This document shows, piece after piece, positions 19,684 to 28,655 of a stretch of 64,000 bases of DNA. Position numbers and translations under genes: made by a program. The notes beneath the pieces were generated by a model. It was not told the origin of the DNA. It saw only the letters and a list, made by a program, of their open reading frames with translations, and did not search any database. The stretch spans positions 72,089 to 136,088 of the forward strand of contig CAZEEV010000001.1 of the NCBI GenBank assembly GCA_964511345.1, in the 5' to 3' direction. Position 1 is the stretch's first letter, and the number at the start of each line of letters is the position of its first letter. Origin of the DNA: an uncultured Pseudomonadales bacterium. Lineage in GTDB: Bacteria; Patescibacteriota; Microgenomatia; UBA1400; PJMF01.

Positions 19684-20319
19684 ATGAAAATTTTTATTGC
19701 GAGCTCTAATTTGGGAAAAATTAGAGAAATGCGGGCGATTCTAAAAGATCAACATCTTCAATTATTGAGTATTTTGGATGTGGATGAGTTAAACAAACTA
19801 AGGATTCAGATTCCATCTGGTTTTGACGTAGAAGAAACTGGGAAAACTTTTAAAGACAATGCCTTACTCAAAGCTCAAGCTTATGCTCAATTAACCAATT
19901 TACCAACCATAGCCGATGATTCTGGCTTAGAAGTAGAAGTTCTTGATGGTTTTCCTTCAGTTAATTCGAATCGCTGGTTCGAGGGTAGCACTCATGAACG
20001 CAATTTGGCTTTGCTTGAAAAACTTAGAAATAAAAAAAATCGTCAAGCTAGATTTTACAGTGTGATTTGTTTTTTTAATCCTCAGACAAGAACAACTGAA
20101 TTTTTTGAAGGAGAAATTAAGGGTCATATCGCTCTTGAGCCAAAAGGAAATAAAATTGAAGGTTTTGGTTATGATCCGATTTTTATTCCAGAAGGATTTA
20201 CACAAACTTTTTCAGAACTGGGAGCAGAATTTAAAAATACTATTTCTCATCGTCGCCAAGCCCTAATTAAGCTAAGTCAATTTGTTTCTCAAGATAAACA
20301 TCTTGCACTGCATGAATAA
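19684..20319 (+). CDS. rdgB: Non-canonical purine NTP pyrophosphatase (RdgB/HAM1 family)
   Basis: IASSNLGKIREM N-terminal motif, GFGYDPIF, ISHR motif. Confidence 0.8.
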   Translation: MKIFIASSNLGKIREMRAILKDQHLQLLSILDVDELNKLRIQIPSGFDVEETGKTFKDNALLKAQAYAQLTNLPTIADDSGLEVEVLDGFPSVNSNRWFEGSTHERNLALLEKLRNKKNRQARFYSVICFFNPQTRTTEFFEGEIKGHIALEPKGNKIEGFGYDPIFIPEGFTQTFSELGAEFKNTISHRRQALIKLSQFVSQDKHLALHE

Positions 20320-21337
20320 TTTCCACGCCTTCATTCATGGGTCTTTTGAAAGCTTTGCGACCCATGATTAAACCAGCTCCACCAGCTCTTTTATTAATGA
20401 CGGCAGTTCTAATGGCTTCTTTTAGATCTGTCTGAAAGTTATCATCTGAGCTACTCTCGCCACCAGAATTAATTAAATTGATTTTGCCAGCGTAGCAATT
20501 CATGACTTGTAATCTCACCATATCAATTGGATTTTCAGTGCTAAGGCTTTCATACATTTCTTTATTTTCTTTACCAAATTTGAACTTACGAAAGGCGCCA
20601 TCTTTTTCTGGCATTTTTTGCTTAATAATATCTGCTTCGATAGTTACTCCCAAGCGGTTAGCGTAAGATGTGATGTCTGCAGAACTTTCATAATTACCTT
20701 CTTTATCTTGCCAGGCAGAATTACGTGGGTAACACCAGAGAATAGTGGCCAGACCCAATTGATGAGCTTCGTAAAAAGCTTTGGCAATTTCCGCAATTTG
20801 ACGATTAGAAGCAGCAGAGCCAAAGTAAATGGTTGCACCAATGGCAACTGCTCCCATTTCGTAGGCTTGGCGAACTTGAGCAAACAAAATCTGATCCCAT
20901 TTATTGGGATAAGTTAGCAATTCATTATGATTGATTTTGACAATAAAAGGAATTTTGTCAGCATATTTTTTACTAAGCAACCCTAGCGCTCCTAAAGTAG
21001 AGGCTAAACCATTGCATTGAGCTTCCATAGCTAGTTTAACTATGTTTTCTGGGTCAAAATAAAGTGGGTTTTTATAAAAAGAATAAGAGGCATTGTGCTC
21101 AATGTCTTGATCAACTGGCAAAATAGATAAATAACCAGTGTGGGCCAAGCGACCATGACCATAAAGTTTTTCTAAATTGTGAATTACTTTTTCGTTGCGG
21201 TCAGAGTCAGTAAAAACCTGTGAAACATGATCTCCTTTAGGAAATAAGATTAATTCTTTTGGTAATAATTTACATTGATGAGCCAGTAAATATTTAGCTT
21301 CATCTCCTAGTGAATCAACAATGTCTTGATAAATCAT
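20267..21337 (-). CDS. fbaB: Class I fructose-bisphosphate aldolase (FbaB/DhnA type)
   Basis: Near-collinear with E. coli FbaB: GTGYLSILPVDQ, PLYFDPENIV, IVKINHNE, GAVAIGATIYFGS, IIKQKM, RTAVINKRAGGAGLIMGRKAFKRPM. Confidence 0.9.
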   Translation of the reverse strand: MIYQDIVDSLGDEAKYLLAHQCKLLPKELILFPKGDHVSQVFTDSDRNEKVIHNLEKLYGHGRLAHTGYLSILPVDQDIEHNASYSFYKNPLYFDPENIVKLAMEAQCNGLASTLGALGLLSKKYADKIPFIVKINHNELLTYPNKWDQILFAQVRQAYEMGAVAIGATIYFGSAASNRQIAEIAKAFYEAHQLGLATILWCYPRNSAWQDKEGNYESSADITSYANRLGVTIEADIIKQKMPEKDGAFRKFKFGKENKEMYESLSTENPIDMVRLQVMNCYAGKINLINSGGESSSDDNFQTDLKEAIRTAVINKRAGGAGLIMGRKAFKRPMNEGVEIIHAVQDVYLEKQIDLA

Positions 21338-21852
21338 TTCTTAGATTTTTTAATTTTTTTAGTAATTACTTGACTTGATGAATAGCTATTCCTCAATTCG
21401 TATAGGAAATAAAGGCTTATGAGTAAGCCTAACAGGAGTCCAAAAATCCTGCTACCAAGAAAGATAACGCTAATGATGTTCATTAATAACTCTAAAATGG
21501 TTAATCCCAACAAAGCTAGCCAACCGATCATTAATTTACCTTTAAGTGCTTGATAAGCTGCAATAGAAATAACACCGGCCACAATTTGTAAAATGCCCAT
21601 GAGGTAAAAGTAAATTGAAGGAACATTGACTAAAAAGCCTAAGACATTATTTAAACTTTTAAAACCAAAAATACTACGCAGTCCACCGCTAATCATAAAT
21701 AAACCAGAGATTAAAACTAAAAAGGGAGCAATTTTAACTAAAACGTCAACTATTCTTTTTGGTAAATGCGGAGCATTAGCAAAAATTTTGAGTAATTCGC
21801 TGTCTAATTTTTGTAACATTGGATGAGAGAAAATTGAAATAATTTTTTGCAT
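21334..21852 (-). CDS. Polytopic membrane protein, hypothetical
   Basis: 4 TM helices and K-rich C-terminus. Confidence 0.45.
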   Translation of the reverse strand: MQKIISIFSHPMLQKLDSELLKIFANAPHLPKRIVDVLVKIAPFLVLISGLFMISGGLRSIFGFKSLNNVLGFLVNVPSIYFYLMGILQIVAGVISIAAYQALKGKLMIGWLALLGLTILELLMNIISVIFLGSRIFGLLLGLLISLYFLYELRNSYSSSQVITKKIKKSKK

Positions 21853-21891
21853 TACAAATTATATTAGCATAAATGCTAAGATGAATACATC

Positions 21892-24411
21892 ATGAAAGAA
21901 GCTTTTTATAAATTGTCTGTCGCAGAAAGTTTAAGTAAACTTGGTAGTCAAATTAATGGGCTCAGTGAACAAGAAGTGGCACGAAGATTACAAAGAGATG
22001 GCAAGAATCAATTAAAAAAAACACGACAATTTTTAGCACTTAAGGTTTTATTAAATCAGTTTAAAAGTTTGTTGATTGCGATTTTATTTTTAGCCATGGG
22101 CTTGTCGATTTTTTTAGGCGAAAAAATCGATGCAATTGCTATTTTTGTTGTGATTGCACTCAACACCATTTTGGGTTTCATCGAAGAATACAAGGCTGAG
22201 AAATCTATTGATTCTTTAAAAAATCTAGAAACTCTACAAGCCCTTGTTGTGCGTGATGGAGTGGAAAAATTAATTGATCCAGCTTTCCTAGTCAAGGGTG
22301 ATGTTTTAATTTTGAATGAGGGTGAAAAAATTCCAGCTGATTGTAGAATTTTAGAAGCTTTTTCCTTGGAAGTAGATGAATCGATGTTAACTGGTGAATC
22401 TGCTGTAATTGTTAAATCAACTGAAAAAATTGATTATGAAACAAGTATCGCGGATCGTAAAAATTTGCTTTATTCCTCCTGCTTAATTACCAAAGGGAAA
22501 GCTAAGGTGGTAGTGATTGCTACGGGTATGGCAACGCAAATTGGCCAAATCGCAACACAAATCCAAGCTGTCAAAGAAGAGCAGACTCCTTTACAAAAAA
22601 CTCTAGATCATTTAGGGAAAAACGTTGCTCTTTTGGCTATGGTCTTAGCGACTCCAATTTTATTAATTGCTCTTTGGCGCGGAGAAGATTTATTTGCAAC
22701 GATCATGATGGGCGTGTCCCTAGCAGTTTCTAGTATTCCTGAAGGGTTGCCAATCGTAGTGACAGTGGCTTTAGCTTTAGGAATCAAAAGAATGATGTCT
22801 GTTAATGTGCTTACAAAAAAATTACCCGCTGTTGAATCTTTAGGTGGAGTGGATGTGATTTGCTCAGATAAAACTGGCACTATTACCAAAAATCAAATGG
22901 AAGTGATGGACATTTTTATGATTCATTCTTCTGCGAGTGATTTAGCTCTAGAAGCAGTTTTATGCAGTGATGCCAAATTAGATCATGGTGATCCAACTGA
23001 GCGTGCCTTAGTTGATTTTTTGCAAAAGTATCCAGACCAAGAAAAGTTATTAAATACTTACCAGCGAACTGCAGAGCTACCTTTTTCTAGTGAAAATAAA
23101 TACATGGCGGTCATAGTTACCAATAAACAACAAACTAAAACCATTATTAAAGGAGCGCCTGAAATTGTTTTGCAATTTTGTAAGCTTGATTCTCAATTAA
23201 GAGAAAAAATTCTAAAAGCCAATGAAGATTTTACTAAAAAAGGTTTAAGAGTTTTAGCAGTGATTGCCAAAAACACCAAAGATGCTAGTGATTTTAGTGA
23301 ACTAAAGAATTTTAATTTTGCTGGTTTATTGGCGTTACAGGATCCTCCTAGAGAACAAGTCAAATCATCTATTTTGAAATGCAAATCAGCTGGAGTCAGA
23401 GTGATTATGATTACCGGTGATCATAAGAATACCGCTTTATCAATTGCTAAAGAGATTGGTTTAGAAGCAGACATGGCTTATACAGGACAAGAATTAGATC
23501 AGTTAAATCAAACAGAGTTAATTGAAGCAGTTAAAACCTGCCAGGTATTCGCTCGAGTGTCTCCACAAAATAAAGTGCAGATTTTGGAAGCTTTACAAAG
23601 CCAAGGTTTGCAAGTGGCGATGACCGGAGACGGAGTTAATGACGCGCCAGCTCTCAAAAAAGCAGATATTGGAATTGTAGTTGGCTCTGGCACTGCTTTG
23701 AGTAAAGATATTGCTGACATGATTTTATTAAGTGATGATTTTTCCAATATAGTAGATGGGATTGAAGAAGGTCGCCATATTTTCTTCAATATTAAGAAAT
23801 TTGTTCGATTTTTATTGAGTGCTAATTTTGACGAAATCTTATGTATTGCCAGTTCAATCCTATTTTCTTTACCTTTAGTTTTTATTCCGATTCAAATTTT
23901 ATGGCTTAACTTGGTAACAGACACTTTTCCTGCTTTAGCTTTGAGTAATGATAATGCCGATCAGTCTCTAATGAAGCAAAAGCCTTATACAGCTAAAAAA
24001 GAAGTTGTAAGAGGGGTAATTTCTTATGCAGCAGTAGCGGGCTTTTTTGGTTATATGATTACTTTTTCTACTTTTTTGTTTGCTCTTTTTGTAATGAACG
24101 TAGATGAAGTTTATGCGCGTACAATGAGCTTTTCAGCGATGATTTTCTTTGAATTATTTTTGGTGTTTTCGATCAGATCAGAAGAAAGTGCTTTAAGAAG
24201 CAATCCATTTTCTAATAAATTTCTTAATTTTGCCGTACTTTTTGCTTTTACTTTGCAGTTTTTAGCAATCTATCATCCGTTCTTACAGAACTTTTTAAAA
24301 ACCACAAGTTTAAAATTAGTTGATTTAGTCTGGCTTTTACTTTGGTCTAGCTGCGGATTTGTTTTTATGGAAGTTTATAAAAAGATAAGAAAAGATAGAG
24401 TAAGGCTTTGA
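21892..24411 (+). CDS. P-type cation-transporting ATPase (type II, Ca2+/Mg2+-ATPase-like)
   Basis: CSDKTGTIT phosphorylation motif, MITGDHKNTA, MTGDGVNDAPALKKADIGI, around 10 TM helices. Confidence 0.9.
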   Translation: MKEAFYKLSVAESLSKLGSQINGLSEQEVARRLQRDGKNQLKKTRQFLALKVLLNQFKSLLIAILFLAMGLSIFLGEKIDAIAIFVVIALNTILGFIEEYKAEKSIDSLKNLETLQALVVRDGVEKLIDPAFLVKGDVLILNEGEKIPADCRILEAFSLEVDESMLTGESAVIVKSTEKIDYETSIADRKNLLYSSCLITKGKAKVVVIATGMATQIGQIATQIQAVKEEQTPLQKTLDHLGKNVALLAMVLATPILLIALWRGEDLFATIMMGVSLAVSSIPEGLPIVVTVALALGIKRMMSVNVLTKKLPAVESLGGVDVICSDKTGTITKNQMEVMDIFMIHSSASDLALEAVLCSDAKLDHGDPTERALVDFLQKYPDQEKLLNTYQRTAELPFSSENKYMAVIVTNKQQTKTIIKGAPEIVLQFCKLDSQLREKILKANEDFTKKGLRVLAVIAKNTKDASDFSELKNFNFAGLLALQDPPREQVKSSILKCKSAGVRVIMITGDHKNTALSIAKEIGLEADMAYTGQELDQLNQTELIEAVKTCQVFARVSPQNKVQILEALQSQGLQVAMTGDGVNDAPALKKADIGIVVGSGTALSKDIADMILLSDDFSNIVDGIEEGRHIFFNIKKFVRFLLSANFDEILCIASSILFSLPLVFIPIQILWLNLVTDTFPALALSNDNADQSLMKQKPYTAKKEVVRGVISYAAVAGFFGYMITFSTFLFALFVMNVDEVYARTMSFSAMIFFELFLVFSIRSEESALRSNPFSNKFLNFAVLFAFTLQFLAIYHPFLQNFLKTTSLKLVDLVWLLLWSSCGFVFMEVYKKIRKDRVRL

Positions 24412-24471
24412 CAGAAGAATATTTACCTCAGGGTTTTGATTTAGAAAAATTACAGAATTGGCTTGCAGAAA

Positions 24472-26826
24472 TTAAACTGAAGCATTAAACAGTCGATTAG
24501 AGACTTCACTAAGCTTAATTTGCAAAGGTGGACCAGCCGGATCAATCGGCTCATGTTTGAAACCAATTAGAGCAATATTTTCTGGATTATCATCTTTTTC
24601 ATTGGTTAAGAATGTTGAATTGCCAGTTCCTAACATAATTTCTTTAATTTGCGCCTTAATGGTTTGAACTCTAGACTCATTCCAATTTTCTGGATTAGTT
24701 TTATCTTCAAGTCTTTTGAGAGAGGATAAAATAATACGCCTAAGTGTTCTATCTTTAAGATCGTCTAGATATTTTAGATTCTGTTGAGCTAAAGAAAAAT
24801 GCAAGTTAAGTTCTAGCAATGAATAGCCGAACTCTTCTTTTACCTCTAAATTAATAAATGAGTTTGGATCGTCCCAATCTTTGGGTTGGTATGAATATGG
24901 TAAGACGTAAAGATGAGAGCTATTAGTAGCTTCTTTTCGTTGGTGATCTTCTGTTTGTCTGGTTTCTGTTGCTTGATTTTCGCTAGTTTGCTTGGATACA
25001 ACAGCGGAAGTTTGGTAAAGATCGCGATTTTTAATTGCTAATAAATATGAAAAAACTACTCTTTCTACCCAAGCTCTTTCAGCAGGAGCTAATTTAAATA
25101 GTGCTGGAGTTTCCATCTGTTCATTAATTTCAAAAACAAACGCTCTTTTGCTTAGTTGCAGAGAAACTTCTAAATTATGAGGACTAGTAGTACGTCTAAA
25201 AGTAAGTTGCTTTAAGCCAATTTGAGCCAATAATTTGTCTTGGCCTTGAGACTGATCTAATTTGACACTAATGCCTCTTTTAGAAATAGGGAACATTCCA
25301 CCTCTAGCTTGATCTTTAAGTTCTGTTAATGGCGTGGTCTCATCCAAATCTAACTCAGGACGAAGAAAAGTCACAATGGCTGCCATTTCAGCTATTTCTA
25401 AAGGTTTAGTAGATGTATTAAGTAAATGAGGAAGATTAGCCTTAAGTTCTAAAATAGAAGCTGGGTCTAGTTTATCTAAATCGTTACGAGTAATATTTCC
25501 TCTCCAAGTAAGAAGACTATTTTCTTGATTCTGGGCAAATTGGGAGGGAATGACAAAGCCACCAAAATCGCCTTCTTTTTTTAACAAATCCAATTCTTTT
25601 TCCATGGCAAATTTAATTAACTCATTTGCCAATGGATCTGAGGCATAATTTTCTATTTTTTCACAAAATACTGGAAGATTATCTGTTTTTTTGGCCATTT
25701 CTATTCTAGAGTTAAATCCTGCGAATCTGAGAATTTCATCAAACTTTCGATCATCGCTAAGAGTATTGCTACTTTGCTCAAAGATTTTTTCTAAAATAGC
25801 CACTTTAATGATTGATTTTTTGACATTAGCCTGTAACTCAGATTGGCTAGTTTCTTCATTTGGATTCACACTGATGATTTCAACGACTTCTCCCAAATCA
25901 TTAGTTCTGCCGATCATATCCTCTGCCACATATGCTCCTAAGGAAGTAAAAGTTTCTAGCACATACTGAGCCTGTTGACGTACTTGTAAATCGGGGTGGT
26001 GAATATGAGTGAACTTAATTACGTCAAATAAATCACAATAATCTTCTATTGCCTCTCCTTGCTGATCCTTTTTTGGTTTATCAATACTTAAGTCTTCAAA
26101 TATTCTTAGGACCACTAATTGTTTTAAACTGTTTCTGCATTGTAGTGCTACTAAAGAAAGTTGATGAAGATTGTTAATAATTTTTTTAAATGGAAGTTGA
26201 TCGATTTTTGGAATTGATTCTGGACTTTTTGATTGCTCGTGTCTTCTTTTTGAATTTGATTCAGAAGTTAAGCCATTTGCTTGCTGTTCAATTGCTCTTC
26301 TAGTTCCTCTTATTCTAGATGGAATTATTTTAGACTCTTCTAACAATGGAAAAATATCTTCACTCGTATTAAATGATTTTAGTTTGTTACCATTCTCTTG
26401 GACAAACTGTTTCAAAGTCGGGCTGAAAATTTTAAAATCAGTCATTCCCATGTTCATTGCCAAAGTTAAGGCATTTTTATATTTATCATTTAATTTAGGA
26501 TTAGCACCTAAACCATTAATTAGAAAAGAGAATTCTTCCTGATTGCACCAGTAGTGTTCTTTTTTATCGGAGAGAAGTTCTGTGATTTTATCTAGGATTA
26601 ATTCTTCAAATTCTGCTAAAAGAAGATCAGAGCGACTTGCGACTTCTGTTTTTATGAGTCCCAACTCTTTGAGATTTTGAGCTTGTTGAATTTGTTGATA
26701 AATTTCTGATTGCTCTATTTTACTCATAATATTATCTTGTCTTTTTTCAAGAAGAAAATTTGTGGTGACCCTAAGGTTTCTACATCCGAACCAAATTATA
26801 ACAGATCTAGTTGATCTAATGAACAC
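24472..26826 (-). CDS. Large orphan protein (784 aa as listed; probable true start at 26727, MSKIEQ...). It has an ankyrin-like segment, no P-loop and no known catalytic motif
   Basis: Long uninterrupted ORF. LGANPKLNDKYKNALTLAMNMG resembles one ankyrin repeat. A TATAAT -10 box lies inside the listed N-terminal 33 codons. Confidence 0.55.
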   Translation of the reverse strand: MFIRSTRSVIIWFGCRNLRVTTNFLLEKRQDNIMSKIEQSEIYQQIQQAQNLKELGLIKTEVASRSDLLLAEFEELILDKITELLSDKKEHYWCNQEEFSFLINGLGANPKLNDKYKNALTLAMNMGMTDFKIFSPTLKQFVQENGNKLKSFNTSEDIFPLLEESKIIPSRIRGTRRAIEQQANGLTSESNSKRRHEQSKSPESIPKIDQLPFKKIINNLHQLSLVALQCRNSLKQLVVLRIFEDLSIDKPKKDQQGEAIEDYCDLFDVIKFTHIHHPDLQVRQQAQYVLETFTSLGAYVAEDMIGRTNDLGEVVEIISVNPNEETSQSELQANVKKSIIKVAILEKIFEQSSNTLSDDRKFDEILRFAGFNSRIEMAKKTDNLPVFCEKIENYASDPLANELIKFAMEKELDLLKKEGDFGGFVIPSQFAQNQENSLLTWRGNITRNDLDKLDPASILELKANLPHLLNTSTKPLEIAEMAAIVTFLRPELDLDETTPLTELKDQARGGMFPISKRGISVKLDQSQGQDKLLAQIGLKQLTFRRTTSPHNLEVSLQLSKRAFVFEINEQMETPALFKLAPAERAWVERVVFSYLLAIKNRDLYQTSAVVSKQTSENQATETRQTEDHQRKEATNSSHLYVLPYSYQPKDWDDPNSFINLEVKEEFGYSLLELNLHFSLAQQNLKYLDDLKDRTLRRIILSSLKRLEDKTNPENWNESRVQTIKAQIKEIMLGTGNSTFLTNEKDDNPENIALIGFKHEPIDPAGPPLQIKLSEVSNRLFNASV

Positions 26827-27041
26827 ATTTTTTCCAGATGTAAAAAAGATTCAAAACTATGCCTGGTCCTAGTACTCCTTAATGAGAATTGAACCAGAAA
26901 GAAAAAACAGCGACGTGTAATATTTTACCTATTAACGTGCAATCGTTGCACAAGCGTATGCGGTAAAGAACAGTCTTCCTCAATAGTTTTATAAGGTAAA
27001 TAAGTGTGAGTAAAGGTTGCAATGCTTTACACGTGAGGTCT

Positions 27042-28079
27042 TTATGGTCGTCGCGGAGGTCTTTGTGGTTGTTGCGGAGGTACTCCTCCTTGAAACATCT
27101 GGAAATGTTTGCCCCAAGATACACCAGTTTTACTTTCGTAAAGTTTTATAAATGGACTGATGCTAAAAAACCCGTTTAATAAAATATAGGCTTCCCATAG
27201 TAAATCCTTTAAACTACCAGAAGCAACAGATACTTTTAAATCTGTTAAATCTGCAATTTTTTCTGGCGTTAGTGGTCTCGAGTGTATTTTATGAGAGTTA
27301 TAGTCGGAAAAGTAGGAAACCATCTTTTTTAATTTTTGACCATTCATTCTTTGACCAGCAAACATGTATTTTTTTAACCATGTAGATACCAATTCTTTTG
27401 AAAGTTTTTCAGAGTCATAGCATAATTCGAATAAGTCTAGTGAATATTGTTCAATCAGAGGTAGATATGCTGGTAGTACTTTGGCGCCATCCCTCTTGAT
27501 TATGCTTTTTGCATGATCAAATCCATTTAAAATTGATTTTGCAGGGACAAAGCGCACAAGACCATTTTTTGCAGGGATCCCTACTTGAGGATCAACAGGA
27601 CCTAAGGTTGCACTTGGATGTAACACAATATTATTTCCTGATAAAGCTAGCATTGTTGCTGCGGAATATGCTGAGTGAGGAATAAGAAAGTCAACTTGTT
27701 GAAATCTGCTTCTAAGTATTTCGACTATTCTTTCGGTTGCATCTGGTCTACCGCCAGGACTATGTATTAGCACGTCAACACTAGTTATTTCTGACGGTAT
27801 TGAGTTGACTAAGTCAGTAAACCCATCAACGTCTGACAAGTCTATTTGATTTGGAGCCCCATCAGGAACATTTTCAATGAACTTAGTTGCATATACTAAC
27901 AATGGTTTCTCTCTCAATGCTTCAATTTCAGAATAACAAAGCTTCCTTAAATCAAATAGCGTGGACGCTTGAATTCCTTGCGGTTGTTGTAAAAGTGGGG
28001 CGATGTAATCGTGCCAATCTTGAGTAGTTTTAAAAATCCTGCGTTGTTGTTGAGAGGATGGCATATCTATTAATCTCAA
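27042..28079 (-). CDS. ClpP-superfamily serine protease (SDH/S49-like) with proline-rich C-terminal tail
   Basis: VLIHSPGGRPDATERIV oxyanion motif, catalytic Ser context HSAYSAATMLALSG, LGPVDPQVG, tail QGGVPPQQPQRPPRRP. Confidence 0.65.
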   Translation of the reverse strand: MRLIDMPSSQQQRRIFKTTQDWHDYIAPLLQQPQGIQASTLFDLRKLCYSEIEALREKPLLVYATKFIENVPDGAPNQIDLSDVDGFTDLVNSIPSEITSVDVLIHSPGGRPDATERIVEILRSRFQQVDFLIPHSAYSAATMLALSGNNIVLHPSATLGPVDPQVGIPAKNGLVRFVPAKSILNGFDHAKSIIKRDGAKVLPAYLPLIEQYSLDLFELCYDSEKLSKELVSTWLKKYMFAGQRMNGQKLKKMVSYFSDYNSHKIHSRPLTPEKIADLTDLKVSVASGSLKDLLWEAYILLNGFFSISPFIKLYESKTGVSWGKHFQMFQGGVPPQQPQRPPRRP

Positions 28080-28263
28080 AGTCTAGTGTAGAACTAACTT
28101 CTGATGAGTTTGCATAGAAGCCTCGTCCATAAGCAATTTCTGCTTCACTAAGAATTGCCTTTGCCTTTTTATACTTTTTATAATATGTAAAAGATTCTGG
28201 GATTTGTTTTTGAATTTTTTTAGTTGCAATCTTACTTACGATCGTTTTTTTAGTAGTTGCCAT
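28030..28263 (-). CDS. 77-aa basic small protein, first gene of the protease operon (possible regulator/partner)
   Basis: ORF overlaps the protease start by about 50 nt; K-rich; no recognised motif. Confidence 0.4.
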   Translation of the reverse strand: MATTKKTIVSKIATKKIQKQIPESFTYYKKYKKAKAILSEAEIAYGRGFYANSSEVSSTLDFEINRYAILSTTTQDF

Positions 28264-28599
28264 ATAAGTAAATCATATCACCTACGATTTAATTTTCTAG
28301 TAATAATAAACCCAGTGTCTGGTTCAAAAGTTTCTAGTGTTTAATTTGTCGATAGCTTAATTAAGGAGAATTCGTTAATACAGACATGTGATCTGTGGGG
28401 CTATTTTACAAGTAATTTATCCAAGTAGTAGTAAATCATCTAAGTATAAAAGAGAATTCAGTAAATATGTGTTGGATATATTAAAAATCAAAAATATAAA
28501 TGAAGCTACTAAAACAAAAACACTTTATTCATATAAGAAACCGAAATTTTGTAGAGTCGTTATGTAGTTGGCGTGAAGTTACAAAAAAATCAGATACAT

Positions 28600-28607
28600 T
28601 GTATAAT
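28600..28607 (+). promoter_or_regulatory. Extended -10 (TGTATAAT) candidate promoter for the OLD-family gene
   Basis: TGnTATAAT about 49 nt upstream of the ATG at 28656, in a 392-nt AT-rich divergent intergenic region. Confidence 0.35.
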
Positions 28608-28655
28608 TAACCTTCATAATGAAAAGCTGAGGATTGCATATTATATGGAAACTAT

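Noticed and set aside
26879-27124. 81-aa minus-strand ORF overlapping the protease gene 3' end
   Set aside because: Overlaps the conserved C-terminus of the protease in another frame and extends into the intergenic palindrome. No SD; judged spurious.
27042-28079. Interpretation of the ClpP-like protease as a prophage head-maturation protease
   Set aside because: No portal, terminase, major capsid or tail genes anywhere in the island. The flanking genes are an OLD nuclease and an HTH. Kept as a caveat only.
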